A stretch of 53,937 nt of DNA from a candidate division WOR-3 bacterium (GTDB taxonomy: Bacteria; SDB-A): positions 1-53,937 of the forward strand of contig JAFGIG010000114.1 of the NCBI GenBank assembly GCA_016929715.1, written 5' to 3'. The notes under the pieces are model-generated. The model saw nothing but the letters and a program-made list of their open reading frames with translations. It was not told the DNA's origin and made no database searches. How positions within the stretch are numbered: the stretch's first letter is position 1; every line of letters begins with the position of its first letter. The position numbers and the translations under genes are program-made. Of the stretch, positions 9,919 through 19,067 are shown one piece after another.

Positions 9919-11061
9919 TCAGATCACCTTCCTTTTTATTAGAGGATTTATTCTCGACAAAACTTCGTAGTTAATGGTCCCGCATAAAGAAGCGACTGTC
10001 TCTGCTGAAATCGATTCGTTTCCCTGTTTGCCAATAATTACAGCTTCGTCTTCTGTTTTGACTCCGTCTATTCCGGTCACGTCGATAATGACTACATTCA
10101 TGCAGACTCTTCCCCTGACAGGCGCTCTTTTTCCCCGGACAAGAACCCATCCTGCATTTGAAAGGGATCTGTCGAAACCGTCGTAGTAACCTATCGGCAG
10201 GTATGCGAGTTTTGTTTTATTCGTCGTCTTGAAGGTGCATCCATATCCGACATAACTTCCAGGAGGGACTAATTTCACCTGTGTTATAATCGTCTTCCAG
10301 CTCAGGACGGGTTTAAGCTCTATTAATTTGCCGGATAGTTTTGCCGATATAAAAGTCTCTTTTGAAGGCCATATACCGTAAAGAGAGATGCCTATCCTGG
10401 CAAGGTCGTAGTATGTCTTCGGAAAGAGTATGGCGGCGGCAGAACAAGCTGTGTGAATCTGAAAACTTCCCAAAGTCAATTTTTTGATTTTTGAAGTGAT
10501 TTTTTCAAAAACCTTTATTTGTCTTATCGCGAATTCGTGTTCAGTGGTGTCCTCAATATTCGCAAAATGAGTTGAAATTCCAACAAGATCAACGCCGGCG
10601 AGATTTTTTGTCAATTCAGCCGCTTTGAGAGCCTCTTTTTCCGGGTAACCCTGCCTGTTTGTTCCGGTTTCAAGTTTAATGTGAATTTTAGCTTTCTTAT
10701 CCTGTCTTACGGCTTCGAGTGAAGCTTTCTTTATCGTCTGATGGTTGAACACCGTCAGCTCTATGTCTTTACGGACGGCTTCAGAGATATCCTTCAAAGC
10801 TACATATCCCAGACAGATGACTCTCGCCTCTGGTGATATCTCTCTTGCCAGCAGAGCTTCTTCAATAAATGAAACGCAGAATGTTTTTACATTGTTTTTG
10901 ATGCATGCATTCATGATTTCTCTGAAACCGTGACCGTATGCATTGGATTTAATGACAGGGGAGAGTTCCGTTTTTCGCCCGAGTATTTTCTTAAAAAGAA
11001 AAATGTTGTCAGCGAGATTTTTCGAGTTTATCTCGACGATGCTAAGCGAGCTTGCCCTCAT
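9919..11061 (-). CDS. alr: Alanine racemase
   Basis: PLP-lysine motif VIKSNAYGHG. 380 aa, with a C-terminal beta-domain pattern (YGGY.. / VCMN..). Confidence 0.9.
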   Translation of the reverse strand: MRASSLSIVEINSKNLADNIFLFKKILGRKTELSPVIKSNAYGHGFREIMNACIKNNVKTFCVSFIEEALLAREISPEARVICLGYVALKDISEAVRKDIELTVFNHQTIKKASLEAVRQDKKAKIHIKLETGTNRQGYPEKEALKAAELTKNLAGVDLVGISTHFANIEDTTEHEFAIRQIKVFEKITSKIKKLTLGSFQIHTACSAAAILFPKTYYDLARIGISLYGIWPSKETFISAKLSGKLIELKPVLSWKTIITQVKLVPPGSYVGYGCTFKTTNKTKLAYLPIGYYDGFDRSLSNAGWVLVRGKRAPVRGRVCMNVVIIDVTGIDGVKTEDEAVIIGKQGNESISAETVASLCGTINYEVLSRINPLIKRKVI

Positions 11062-11935
11062 TGAATCCTTCCGGTTCAGCGTGTATCAGAACTTCCCTTA
11101 CAGAAGGGATAGACTTCATTATAAGCTTTTTAAGCTTATGGCTGATTCTGTGAGAAAGATATAAAGACACATTCGGATTCATCCGGATATGCATGTCTAT
11201 CCAGAATTCCTGTCCAAGAGTCCTTATCCTGGGTTTCTCATAGGATGTTATCTCCGGGATAGTTGAAGTTATGTCTCCGACCGACTTGAAAATACTTTCA
11301 GGAGGAGCTTTGTCCATAAGATCGTTGATTCCCTTGACGGCGATATCAATTCCTGCTTTTCCGACGGTTAAAAGTATTATAAGAGCTCCCAGTAAGTCCG
11401 AATACGCTTTTACAGCCGGTATGAATATACTCAGTGAAATTGAAACAACGGCAACTCCTGAAGAATAAGCGTCGGATCTATGATGCCATGCGTTTGCTCT
11501 GAGTGTCTGACTCTTCTCTTTTCGGGAGCATTTTAAGGATACCCTGTATAAGAATTCCTTAATTGGTATCGTGACAAGAGCCCAGAAAAGCAAAGCCGCT
11601 TTCATCGGGAGAGAAAGAGAAGTCGGTTGTCCAAAGAAAAAGCTTTTGACGGCTTCATAGAGCATGAAAAGGACAGTAATTATCAGTATCGAACCTACTA
11701 TGAAAGAAGCAATGTTTTCAAACCTCATGTGCCCGTATGGATGGGATTCATCGCCCGGTTTTTTTGAAATTTTCAAAGCGAAAAAAGTAATAAAATCCGT
11801 CAAAAGATCGGACATCGAATGAAAACCGTCGCTCATGAGAGTCATATTGGAAGCCCAAGCACCGAAAAATATCTTTCCAGCGGCTAACCCCATGTTTGCC
11901 AGGACAGAAAGAGACATTACCTTGGAACTGCTCAT
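11042..11935 (-). CDS. Cation diffusion facilitator family transporter
   Basis: Six TM pattern, HSMSDLLTD in TM2 and HHRSDAYSS in TM5, plus a C-terminal cytoplasmic domain. Confidence 0.85.
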   Translation of the reverse strand: MSSSKVMSLSVLANMGLAAGKIFFGAWASNMTLMSDGFHSMSDLLTDFITFFALKISKKPGDESHPYGHMRFENIASFIVGSILIITVLFMLYEAVKSFFFGQPTSLSLPMKAALLFWALVTIPIKEFLYRVSLKCSRKEKSQTLRANAWHHRSDAYSSGVAVVSISLSIFIPAVKAYSDLLGALIILLTVGKAGIDIAVKGINDLMDKAPPESIFKSVGDITSTIPEITSYEKPRIRTLGQEFWIDMHIRMNPNVSLYLSHRISHKLKKLIMKSIPSVREVLIHAEPEGFNEGKLA

Positions 11936-11971
11936 CAGCAGATTATAAAAGCGAATAAATCGCTTAGCAAG

Positions 11972-11999
11972 TTGACTTTGTAAAAATTTTTAATAAAAT
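11972..11999 (+). promoter_or_regulatory. Sigma70-like promoter candidate (TTGACT-N16-TAAAAT)
   Basis: Hexamers at 11972-11977 and 11994-11999. The -10 ends 7 nt before the ATG at 12007 and no Shine-Dalgarno sits between them. Confidence 0.45.
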
Positions 12000-12006
12000 A
12001 GACCTT

Positions 12007-12741
12007 ATGAAATACATAAAAATAATTATTATTGCGGCGCTTTCATGCGCTGTTCTGCTTGAGGCGGCGGCTTTATATATCCTGCACAGAAAGACTTATC
12101 ACAGCACTGAAAGAGCCGCTTATTTTGAGAGAAAAACTGACAGCCTCAACACTGTCATATCGGGAATAGGGGTCACATTTGCCAATCTCGAATACATGAT
12201 TGAAAAACTGGACTTTGAGAATCAGACTCTAAAAACAGACGAATATTACATGATTGTGAATCTGAGCCAGCAGCATTTCTGGATAAAAAAACGAGATAAG
12301 ATAATCTGGGAAGGCTCTTGCGCTACTGGTGTCGGAGAAGTCATCAGAGCCGGGCAAACATTCAATTTCCACACACCCACCGGCGAAAGAAAGATAATAG
12401 CAAAAAGAACTGAACCTTACTGGATAAGGCCTAACTGGTTCTGGAAAGAGCAGGGACTGCCGGTTCCTCATGACAGCGAGTGGATAAAAATTCCAGACAG
12501 TTTGAGCTTTCAGCAGTCAATAACATTTTTCGACAGTCTTTCCGAAGAGGAAAAGTTGTTAGTCAGAGCCGTTCCCGGCGCACTCGGCAATTATGCTCTG
12601 AATCTCGGCGAAGGCATACTCATACATAAAGGGCAAATAGGAAGAGGAGTATATTCTCACGGCTGTATAAGGCTTAAAGAAGAAGACCTTCATATTGCGG
12701 ACAGTTTGCTCCCTGTCGGTTCTTCGGTTTTTATTTTTTAG
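12007..12741 (+). CDS. L,D-transpeptidase (YkuD domain) protein
   Basis: N-terminal TM anchor. Catalytic motif ...YSHGCIRLKEEDL near the C-terminus. Confidence 0.8.
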   Translation: MKYIKIIIIAALSCAVLLEAAALYILHRKTYHSTERAAYFERKTDSLNTVISGIGVTFANLEYMIEKLDFENQTLKTDEYYMIVNLSQQHFWIKKRDKIIWEGSCATGVGEVIRAGQTFNFHTPTGERKIIAKRTEPYWIRPNWFWKEQGLPVPHDSEWIKIPDSLSFQQSITFFDSLSEEEKLLVRAVPGALGNYALNLGEGILIHKGQIGRGVYSHGCIRLKEEDLHIADSLLPVGSSVFIF

Positions 12742-12820
12742 CATTCTCTTTTAATAACTCAGCGGATCGGAGAATAGGATTCAAATCTTTTTAAGAAGAG
12801 TTCGCGGATATGCCCTGCCG

Positions 12821-14371
12821 TTGCTTTCAGGATTTCTTTTATACTTGTCTTTCCCGCCTTTGGGGCTGGGTCCTCTGATACTTATCGCCTTCGTCCCGCT
12901 TATGATTTCAGTATATACTGAAAAAAAACGGTCTTTTGTCAGAGGGTTCCTCACAGGTTCGGTTTTTTACTCTTTGCTGCTATTCTGGATTAACAAACTC
13001 GCAGTGACAGGTCAGATCAGGATATTTCTTTTTGTCGGTTACGTTTTCCTCTGTATTTATCTTTCGTTGTATATGGGACTGTTTTCACTCATACTTTCAA
13101 AGGCGAAAAAACAGCTATATTTCATTTTGCTGTCGGCTGTCACGTGGACAGCATTTGAATTTATACGCTCCCAGACTTCGCAGGTGGGATTTCCCTGGGG
13201 GATGACAGCTTATTCACTCGCCCGGAGCCCTTTGCTGATTCAGATTGCCTCAATAGGCGGGGTTTATTTGCTCGTATTCTGGATAATGGCTGTAAATTCA
13301 GCGGTCGCCTTGCTTTTTACAAAAAAAAGAACGCCTTTTTTCATATTACCCTTTCTTCTTATCAGCAACACATTTTACGGTGTATTATGCTTGAGGCGCG
13401 AAGACAACGGAAATCGAATGTTCTCCGTCGCGATAGTTCAGCCAAACATCTCTCAGGACTTAAAAGGCGAAGAAAGCGAAATCGCGAGGCTTCAAAGGAT
13501 GCATATTCTGCTTGAGAAGTTTTCAGTCTCTTGCAGGGAAAGCGGCGCTGATTTGATCGTCCTTCCAGAGACCAGCTGGCCTTGGCCTGTCAAATCAATT
13601 TATCCGGTCATAACGCCGCATTCTGAGCCTCTCGCCGATACGGCTAAAAAATACTCAACGCCGATTCTTGCCGGCGCTCAGGATATTGTGCAATTGGGAG
13701 AAAATTACAGACCCACAAATTCGGTTTTTCTTATAGAGAAAGACGGAACTTTGGCAGGCAGGCACGACAAAATATATCTGGTCCCTTTCGGCGAGCATAT
13801 CCCCTTTGACGATGTCTTTCCTTTCCTTACAAAAATCCAACTGGGTCAAAGCGATTATCTGCCGGGCAAAAACGAAAAACCGCCTTGTTCTGATGGCATC
13901 TGTTTCGGAATAGGTATATGCTACGAATCGGCTTTCAGCCAATATTTCAGGGGTCTTGTGTTAAAAGGAGCAGGAGTTTTAATCAACGTAACGGACGATC
14001 AGTGGTTCGGAAAAACCGCCGGCCCCGAACAACACGCTGATATGTTCATTTTAAGAGCCGTAGAAAACAGGAGGTGGGGCGTTAGATGCGCGAATACTGG
14101 CGTATCATACATAGTCGATCCCTGGGGCAGGATAAGGGTTTCGACTTCTCCTTATGAAGAAATAATCCTCTTGGGGACTGTCGGTGTGAGAAACGACAAA
14201 AGCCCGTATTCATTTTTATTCGGTGACCTAATCGGATTGTTTTCAGCCCTTTGTTTGTCCTTTTTAGTTTTAATGAGTATAATAAACAAAAGGAGAAAAA
14301 GATGTATGATGTCGTCGTCGTCGGAGGCGGCCCCGGAGGCTACGTCGCCGCGCTTGAAAGCGCGAGAATAG
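12821..14371 (+). CDS. lnt: Apolipoprotein N-acyltransferase
   Basis: N-terminal polytopic region with LSFPP, then a CN-hydrolase domain (VQPNISQ, LPE, ICYESAF). TTG start. Its 3' end overlaps lpdA by 70 nt. Confidence 0.85.
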   Translation: MLSGFLLYLSFPPLGLGPLILIAFVPLMISVYTEKKRSFVRGFLTGSVFYSLLLFWINKLAVTGQIRIFLFVGYVFLCIYLSLYMGLFSLILSKAKKQLYFILLSAVTWTAFEFIRSQTSQVGFPWGMTAYSLARSPLLIQIASIGGVYLLVFWIMAVNSAVALLFTKKRTPFFILPFLLISNTFYGVLCLRREDNGNRMFSVAIVQPNISQDLKGEESEIARLQRMHILLEKFSVSCRESGADLIVLPETSWPWPVKSIYPVITPHSEPLADTAKKYSTPILAGAQDIVQLGENYRPTNSVFLIEKDGTLAGRHDKIYLVPFGEHIPFDDVFPFLTKIQLGQSDYLPGKNEKPPCSDGICFGIGICYESAFSQYFRGLVLKGAGVLINVTDDQWFGKTAGPEQHADMFILRAVENRRWGVRCANTGVSYIVDPWGRIRVSTSPYEEIILLGTVGVRNDKSPYSFLFGDLIGLFSALCLSFLVLMSIINKRRKRCMMSSSSEAAPEATSPRLKARE

Positions 14372-15660
14372 GACTTAAAACAGCTTTGGTCGAAGAGAAC
14401 AGAGTCGGAGGAGTATGTCTGAACGCAGGATGCATACCTACCAAGGCGATGCTTTACTGTTCTTCTCTTTTTGTTTCTTCATTTAACGGCAAAAGATACG
14501 GACTGAATGCACAAGAACTCACTTTCGACGAAACTTCAGTCGATCGGCACAGAAATCTAACTGTGACAAAACTCGTGAAGGGAGTGGAGAACCTACTCGC
14601 CTCAAGAGGAGTAGAAATTGTCTCGGACCGCGCTGAATCAGTCTTGATGCGAAAGGTGAAGTGCCGCAATTGTGAAATCGAGGGGGATAAAATTATAATT
14701 GCCACCGGGTCATGTCCTGCGGACATACCTTCAGCGAGATTTGACGGAGAGCATATTATCGGGTCCAACGAAGCCGTAAAACTGAAAAATGCTCCTTCGA
14801 GTGTTCTTATAGTAGGAGGGGGCGTTATTGGAATAGAGATGGCTACTTATTGGGCTTCAATAGGCAAAAGTGTTTTTGTTGTGGAAATGCTCGACAGAAT
14901 TCTTCCTCTTCTCAACGATCCAAGAGCCAGCGCAATAGTAACCGAATCCCTGAAAAAGAAAAAAGCGAGAATAATTACGGGTGAACGGCTCGAAAAATGC
15001 GAAGTATTCGGCGATGCCGTGAAATGTCATCTCAGCGGAGGAGAATCATTGGAAGTCGAAAGAGTTCTCATATCTACCGGCAGAAAACCGAATTCATGTG
15101 TTGCATCATCGGATTTGTTCCAAAAAGACAATAGAGGGCATATCGTGACGGACGAAGCTTGCAGGACTTCAGTTGAAAATGTTTTTGCCATTGGCGATGT
15201 CGCAGGAGAACCTTATCTCGCCCACAAAGCCTCTCACGAAGCCGAAGTGGCCGTTTCGGTCATTTCCGGAAAAAGTTACCGAAAAGAAATCGAAAAGATC
15301 CCATCCTGTGTTTTCTCGGATCCTGAAGTTGCGACTGTGGGCATTACACCTTATGAAGCGGAAGAAAAAGGATTGAAAGTGGTTTGGGGTGAGTTCCCTT
15401 TTTCGGCGAACGGTAAGGCGGTGTCTTCAGGCATGATTGATGGTTATGCGAGAATCGTGGCAAGAAAACCCGACCATGTCATTGTCGGCGGTCAGATAAC
15501 GGGAGCCTGCGCTGATATTCTGATAGCGGAAATCTCTCTGGCTCTCAGAGCCGAACTGAGTCTCGAAGATCTCGCCGAGACAGTTCACGTCCACCCTTCT
15601 CTTGGTGAAATCCTTCCGGAAGCGGCAAGAGATGCGATAGGAAAAGCTCTTCATAAATGA
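14302..15660 (+). CDS. lpdA: Dihydrolipoyl dehydrogenase
   Basis: MYDVVVVGGGPGGY FAD motif, redox disulfide GGVCLNAGCIPTK, C-terminal HVHPSLGE. AAAGGAG Shine-Dalgarno upstream of the ATG at 14302. The 14251 start only adds a non-homologous extension. Confidence 0.9.
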   Translation: MYDVVVVGGGPGGYVAALESARIGLKTALVEENRVGGVCLNAGCIPTKAMLYCSSLFVSSFNGKRYGLNAQELTFDETSVDRHRNLTVTKLVKGVENLLASRGVEIVSDRAESVLMRKVKCRNCEIEGDKIIIATGSCPADIPSARFDGEHIIGSNEAVKLKNAPSSVLIVGGGVIGIEMATYWASIGKSVFVVEMLDRILPLLNDPRASAIVTESLKKKKARIITGERLEKCEVFGDAVKCHLSGGESLEVERVLISTGRKPNSCVASSDLFQKDNRGHIVTDEACRTSVENVFAIGDVAGEPYLAHKASHEAEVAVSVISGKSYRKEIEKIPSCVFSDPEVATVGITPYEAEEKGLKVVWGEFPFSANGKAVSSGMIDGYARIVARKPDHVIVGGQITGACADILIAEISLALRAELSLEDLAETVHVHPSLGEILPEAARDAIGKALHK

Positions 15661-15679
15661 ATGATTTCAGGGATAATTA

Positions 15680-15973
15680 TCAGCTTGCGTTGGAGACAGA
15701 TCTTTTTTCGAGAAGACTTCTCAATAGAGGAGAAAGATAGACTTCTTCAAGAGAGTAATGAGCTCCGAGGTTTTGAATGAAAATTCTGACCATAGATTGG
15801 GGGCTGTAAATGCGGTTCAAAACAATGACAGGTTTATCGTGAACTCTGCAAAAACCTCCTTCTCCGCTGATCTTGTCGTAAATTACTTCGACTCCAAGCC
15901 TGACGGCAACCTCATGAAGATCTTCAAGAGCTTTTGCCCACTTCCTCGTGTTAGTTTCTGCTCTAACTCTCAT
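15680..15973 (-). CDS. Hypothetical small protein (97 aa)
   Basis: The ORF has a balanced, protein-like composition. It is antisense to the 5' extension of the 15758..17704 ORF, and I judge this strand the more likely coding one. No family recognised. Confidence 0.45.
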   Translation of the reverse strand: MRVRAETNTRKWAKALEDLHEVAVRLGVEVIYDKISGEGGFCRVHDKPVIVLNRIYSPQSMVRIFIQNLGAHYSLEEVYLSPLLRSLLEKRSVSNAS

Positions 15974-15982
15974 AACCCTTGT

Positions 15983-17704
15983 ATTCTACTATTTTTTACA
16001 GTTATTGTCAATATATTGTGTGCGGTGTGTCTATTTGCAGAAGGGGTTGTTATCAATGAGGTTATGGCGAATCCGAAAGGGAATGAAACGGGGCAGGGGT
16101 CTCCGGGGGACAGAAACGAATTTGTGGAGTTTTACAACGCCGCAACAAATTCTGTCGATCTTTCAAAATATCTTTTAAGCGACGGCGATGCGATTGACAT
16201 TATCATGCCTTGGACTGACGAAAGGCTCATAGCCCAGAATGTAATCTACGGCACATGTATTTTGGAACCCGGGCATTATGCCGTAATACTGGATCCTGAA
16301 TATACCGAACCGGGGGATTTTTATCAGCCCTATTCTTTCGGCGACAACACTCTGATTGTGACTGTGGACAATACGACGATAGGCAACGGCCTTTCTGTCA
16401 ATGATCCTGTTTTACTGAAGGACTCCTTACAGAACGTCATCTCGACATATGGAACTCCCTGGGATTCTCTCGACGGAGTTCCGTTCGACCCCGGAGACGG
16501 CATCTCAGCCGAGAGAATAAATCCGTCTGCTGAAGATTCTGAGAACTCCTGGATGCCTTCTTTAGATTACTGCACGCCGGGCATGGAAAACAGTGTATAT
16601 TGCAGCGGTCTCTGGATTGATCCCATATCTTTACATTTTACCGAAACTTATCCATCATTGCCCTGCACGATCAGCATCTTTTTTAAGAACATGGGGCAAG
16701 ACACTCTTGAAGATTTCAGAATATCTTTGCTTTATACAGATTATCTGAACCTTGCCGACAGCTTAAAAAAAGCAGGTGAAACAATTTACGACAAATCTCT
16801 TTTTCCCGGATTGTCCGATTCGGCGTCAATAATCTGGGAAAATCCTCCAGCTGGTTTGTTTACCTTCTTTGTCAAAGCTCTCGAAGCTTCAGTTTCGAGG
16901 ATGATCAGATTCGGGAATATGCCCGGTCAGATTATTCTCTCAGAGATAATGTTCGCACCTTATCTCTCTAAAGAATGGTTTGAACTTAAAAACAGATACA
17001 CCGAAAAATGTTCTCTTGACTTTCTATATGTCAGCGGCAATGACAGCGCGCCTGTCTCCTTGGCGCTTGACCCTCTATGTTTCGCGGTGATATGCGAGGA
17101 TTCATCTGAATTTCTGTCGTCATATATTAACTTTACGGGGACTCTCTTTCAGCCGAAAACATGGCCTATCATGAATAATTCTGCCGATTCAATAAAAATA
17201 TTGGGTTTATGCGGCACGCAAATAGACGCTTTTAGTTATGTTTTTTCTTCATGGGAAAACGGCTATAGTCTTGAAAGGGTGTGTGATGATGTCCCGTCCG
17301 ATGTCTCAGGAAACTGGAGCCGGTGCGTCTCGCCGGAAGGGGGCACTCCCGGCGCTATAAATTCTGTTGGGGCTGTTTTGCCGCAATTTTCGGGAAGTCT
17401 TTCAGTATCACCCAATCCGTTTTCTCCGGACGGAGACGGTATTGACGAAACCTGCGTCTTAGCTGTCTCTCTCGGTTCATATCCTGAAATCATGAAGATT
17501 AAAATATACGATGTGACGGGTCATCTCGTGAGAACATTTGAGAGCGTAGAACACCAAATGATTCAATATTTTATATGGGACGGCAGGGAAGAGAGCGGAA
17601 AAAAGCTCGATCCCGGAATTTATATCATACTTCTCAGTGCGAAAACTGCCGACGGCAAGTCATATTCTATAAAGACTACTGTTGTTCTCGCTGAGAAATT
17701 ATGA
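15983..17704 (+). CDS. Secreted protein with two lamin-tail-like (LTD) domains and a T9SS/FlgD-Ig C-terminal domain; start uncertain
   Basis: LTD signatures VVINEVMANP...NEFVEFYN and IILSEIMFAP...EWFELKN. C-terminal LSVSPNPFSPDGDGIDE...IYDVTGHLV...WDGREESGKKLDPGIYI. The hydrophobic signal-like segment ILLFFTVIVNILCAVCLFA starts at 15983 (ATT). The nearest canonical in-frame starts are ATG 15758 (overlaps the antisense ORF), TTG 16016 and ATG 16064. The stop is firm. Confidence 0.6.
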   Translation: MLLFFTVIVNILCAVCLFAEGVVINEVMANPKGNETGQGSPGDRNEFVEFYNAATNSVDLSKYLLSDGDAIDIIMPWTDERLIAQNVIYGTCILEPGHYAVILDPEYTEPGDFYQPYSFGDNTLIVTVDNTTIGNGLSVNDPVLLKDSLQNVISTYGTPWDSLDGVPFDPGDGISAERINPSAEDSENSWMPSLDYCTPGMENSVYCSGLWIDPISLHFTETYPSLPCTISIFFKNMGQDTLEDFRISLLYTDYLNLADSLKKAGETIYDKSLFPGLSDSASIIWENPPAGLFTFFVKALEASVSRMIRFGNMPGQIILSEIMFAPYLSKEWFELKNRYTEKCSLDFLYVSGNDSAPVSLALDPLCFAVICEDSSEFLSSYINFTGTLFQPKTWPIMNNSADSIKILGLCGTQIDAFSYVFSSWENGYSLERVCDDVPSDVSGNWSRCVSPEGGTPGAINSVGAVLPQFSGSLSVSPNPFSPDGDGIDETCVLAVSLGSYPEIMKIKIYDVTGHLVRTFESVEHQMIQYFIWDGREESGKKLDPGIYIILLSAKTADGKSYSIKTTVVLAEKL

Positions 17705-19006
17705 AACTGTTTTGAGTTCGACGGCGAAAACTGTCCCGTAATCCGGTCTGGAACTTTCAACATATATTCTTCCTTCATGCATTGTTTCGACGATTCTCTT
17801 TGCGAGAGTGAGACCCATGCCCCAGCCGTATTTTTTTGATGTATATCCGAGATCGAATACTTTCTGCATCTGCTTTTTAGTCATTCCCTTTCCGTTATCA
17901 GAAACTCTGAGTAACGCTTTATTTTTTTTAGATTCTCTTTCAAGGCTGATGGATATCTCGCCGTTATCCTTGTTCATGGCATCAAGAGAATTTTTAATAA
18001 TATTCTCGATAACCCAGGACAGAAGTTCCGTGTCTCCTGTTACGTGACAAAGCCCGCAGGGGGTATATGACAAACTGACATTGTGCCCGAGAGAAGGCAG
18101 TCTTTTTGAAAAATACTCCACTGAGTTTTTTATTATTTCGTCGAGATCGACGGACATCATAGTCGGGGAAGTTCCTATTCTGCTGAATCTTCTGATTATG
18201 TTGTTCATTCTGGCAAGGTCCCTCTGAATACTTTCCAATCCCTCATCTATAGTGGACTTGTCGGCCCCGAAGAATTCTATCCAGCCCATAATTGAAGACA
18301 GGGGAGTCGCGAGCTGATGAGCGGTTTCTTTTGCCATTATCATCCATATATTGTCTCTTTCCCAACTCCTCGCTATTCTGAGAGAAATCAAGAGTGTAAA
18401 AAGAAGCGTAATAAGCAGTATCGTCTGAATAATGGGTAAAAGATTTATTGTCCTCAGAAAGGGGGGATTCCCGTAATGAAGGTAAGCGGCGGTCAAACGG
18501 ACTTCTCCCACTTCGACGTATATTGGTATGGGGTCGTTGATTTTATCCATTTTTTTATAGGTTTGGATTATCTCGAGAATGACTGTGTTATCTGTTGACT
18601 CGATATTTGTTATGTCGAGTTCTTCGCTCGATACGGCATCCGGACCTATGCCAATGTTTCTCCATGCCCTCGGTTTCCCGTCCGGTTCAGTTATGACGAC
18701 CGGAATGGGGATTGAAGCTATTATCCTCTTGCCCTCGTTGAATATTTTCTCGTCTGAGGGATTCTGAGCGACTTGAGTAGTGAAAAAAGTTATAAGTGAA
18801 GCATATCCCTGGGCGACCACTTCTTCTGATTTTATTATGTCATTTATGACTTTCTGTGTGAGAACGTAGGAGATTACTCCCACTCCGGTAATGGTCAAAA
18901 GTGTCACTAAAAGGACAAATTTCAGCCATGGATGTCTGAGATCGAAGAGATTGAAGTTTTTAAGAGATCTCGTCGAAGCCTTTGTTATTCTCTTTATCTT
19001 CTTCAT
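17699..19006 (-). CDS. Sensor histidine kinase
   Basis: Two TM segments flank an extracytoplasmic region of about 150 aa. H-box ETAHQLATPLSS, N-box IENIIKNSLDAM, G1 VSDNGKGM, G2 GWGMGL. Confidence 0.85.
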   Translation of the reverse strand: MKKIKRITKASTRSLKNFNLFDLRHPWLKFVLLVTLLTITGVGVISYVLTQKVINDIIKSEEVVAQGYASLITFFTTQVAQNPSDEKIFNEGKRIIASIPIPVVITEPDGKPRAWRNIGIGPDAVSSEELDITNIESTDNTVILEIIQTYKKMDKINDPIPIYVEVGEVRLTAAYLHYGNPPFLRTINLLPIIQTILLITLLFTLLISLRIARSWERDNIWMIMAKETAHQLATPLSSIMGWIEFFGADKSTIDEGLESIQRDLARMNNIIRRFSRIGTSPTMMSVDLDEIIKNSVEYFSKRLPSLGHNVSLSYTPCGLCHVTGDTELLSWVIENIIKNSLDAMNKDNGEISISLERESKKNKALLRVSDNGKGMTKKQMQKVFDLGYTSKKYGWGMGLTLAKRIVETMHEGRIYVESSRPDYGTVFAVELKTVS

Positions 19007-19067
19007 AAAATTTTCCTAGGGTTGATTATAACCTGAACCGACCCTTTAGAGAAACAACATGAGTATT

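Noticed and set aside
14251-14301. The 14251 start of the lpdA ORF (MFVLFSFNEYNKQKEKK...).
   Set aside because: The canonical FAD-binding N-terminus MYDVVVVGGGPGGY begins at 14302 behind a good Shine-Dalgarno. The extension lies inside lnt and is not homologous to Lpd proteins.
14302-14371. 70-nt overlap between the lnt 3' end and lpdA as a possible recoding or fusion signal.
   Set aside because: The overlapping lnt tail (..RKRCMMSSSSEAAPEATSPRLKARE) lies beyond the conserved CN-hydrolase domain and the last TM. It is most simply a late stop codon rather than a functional feature.
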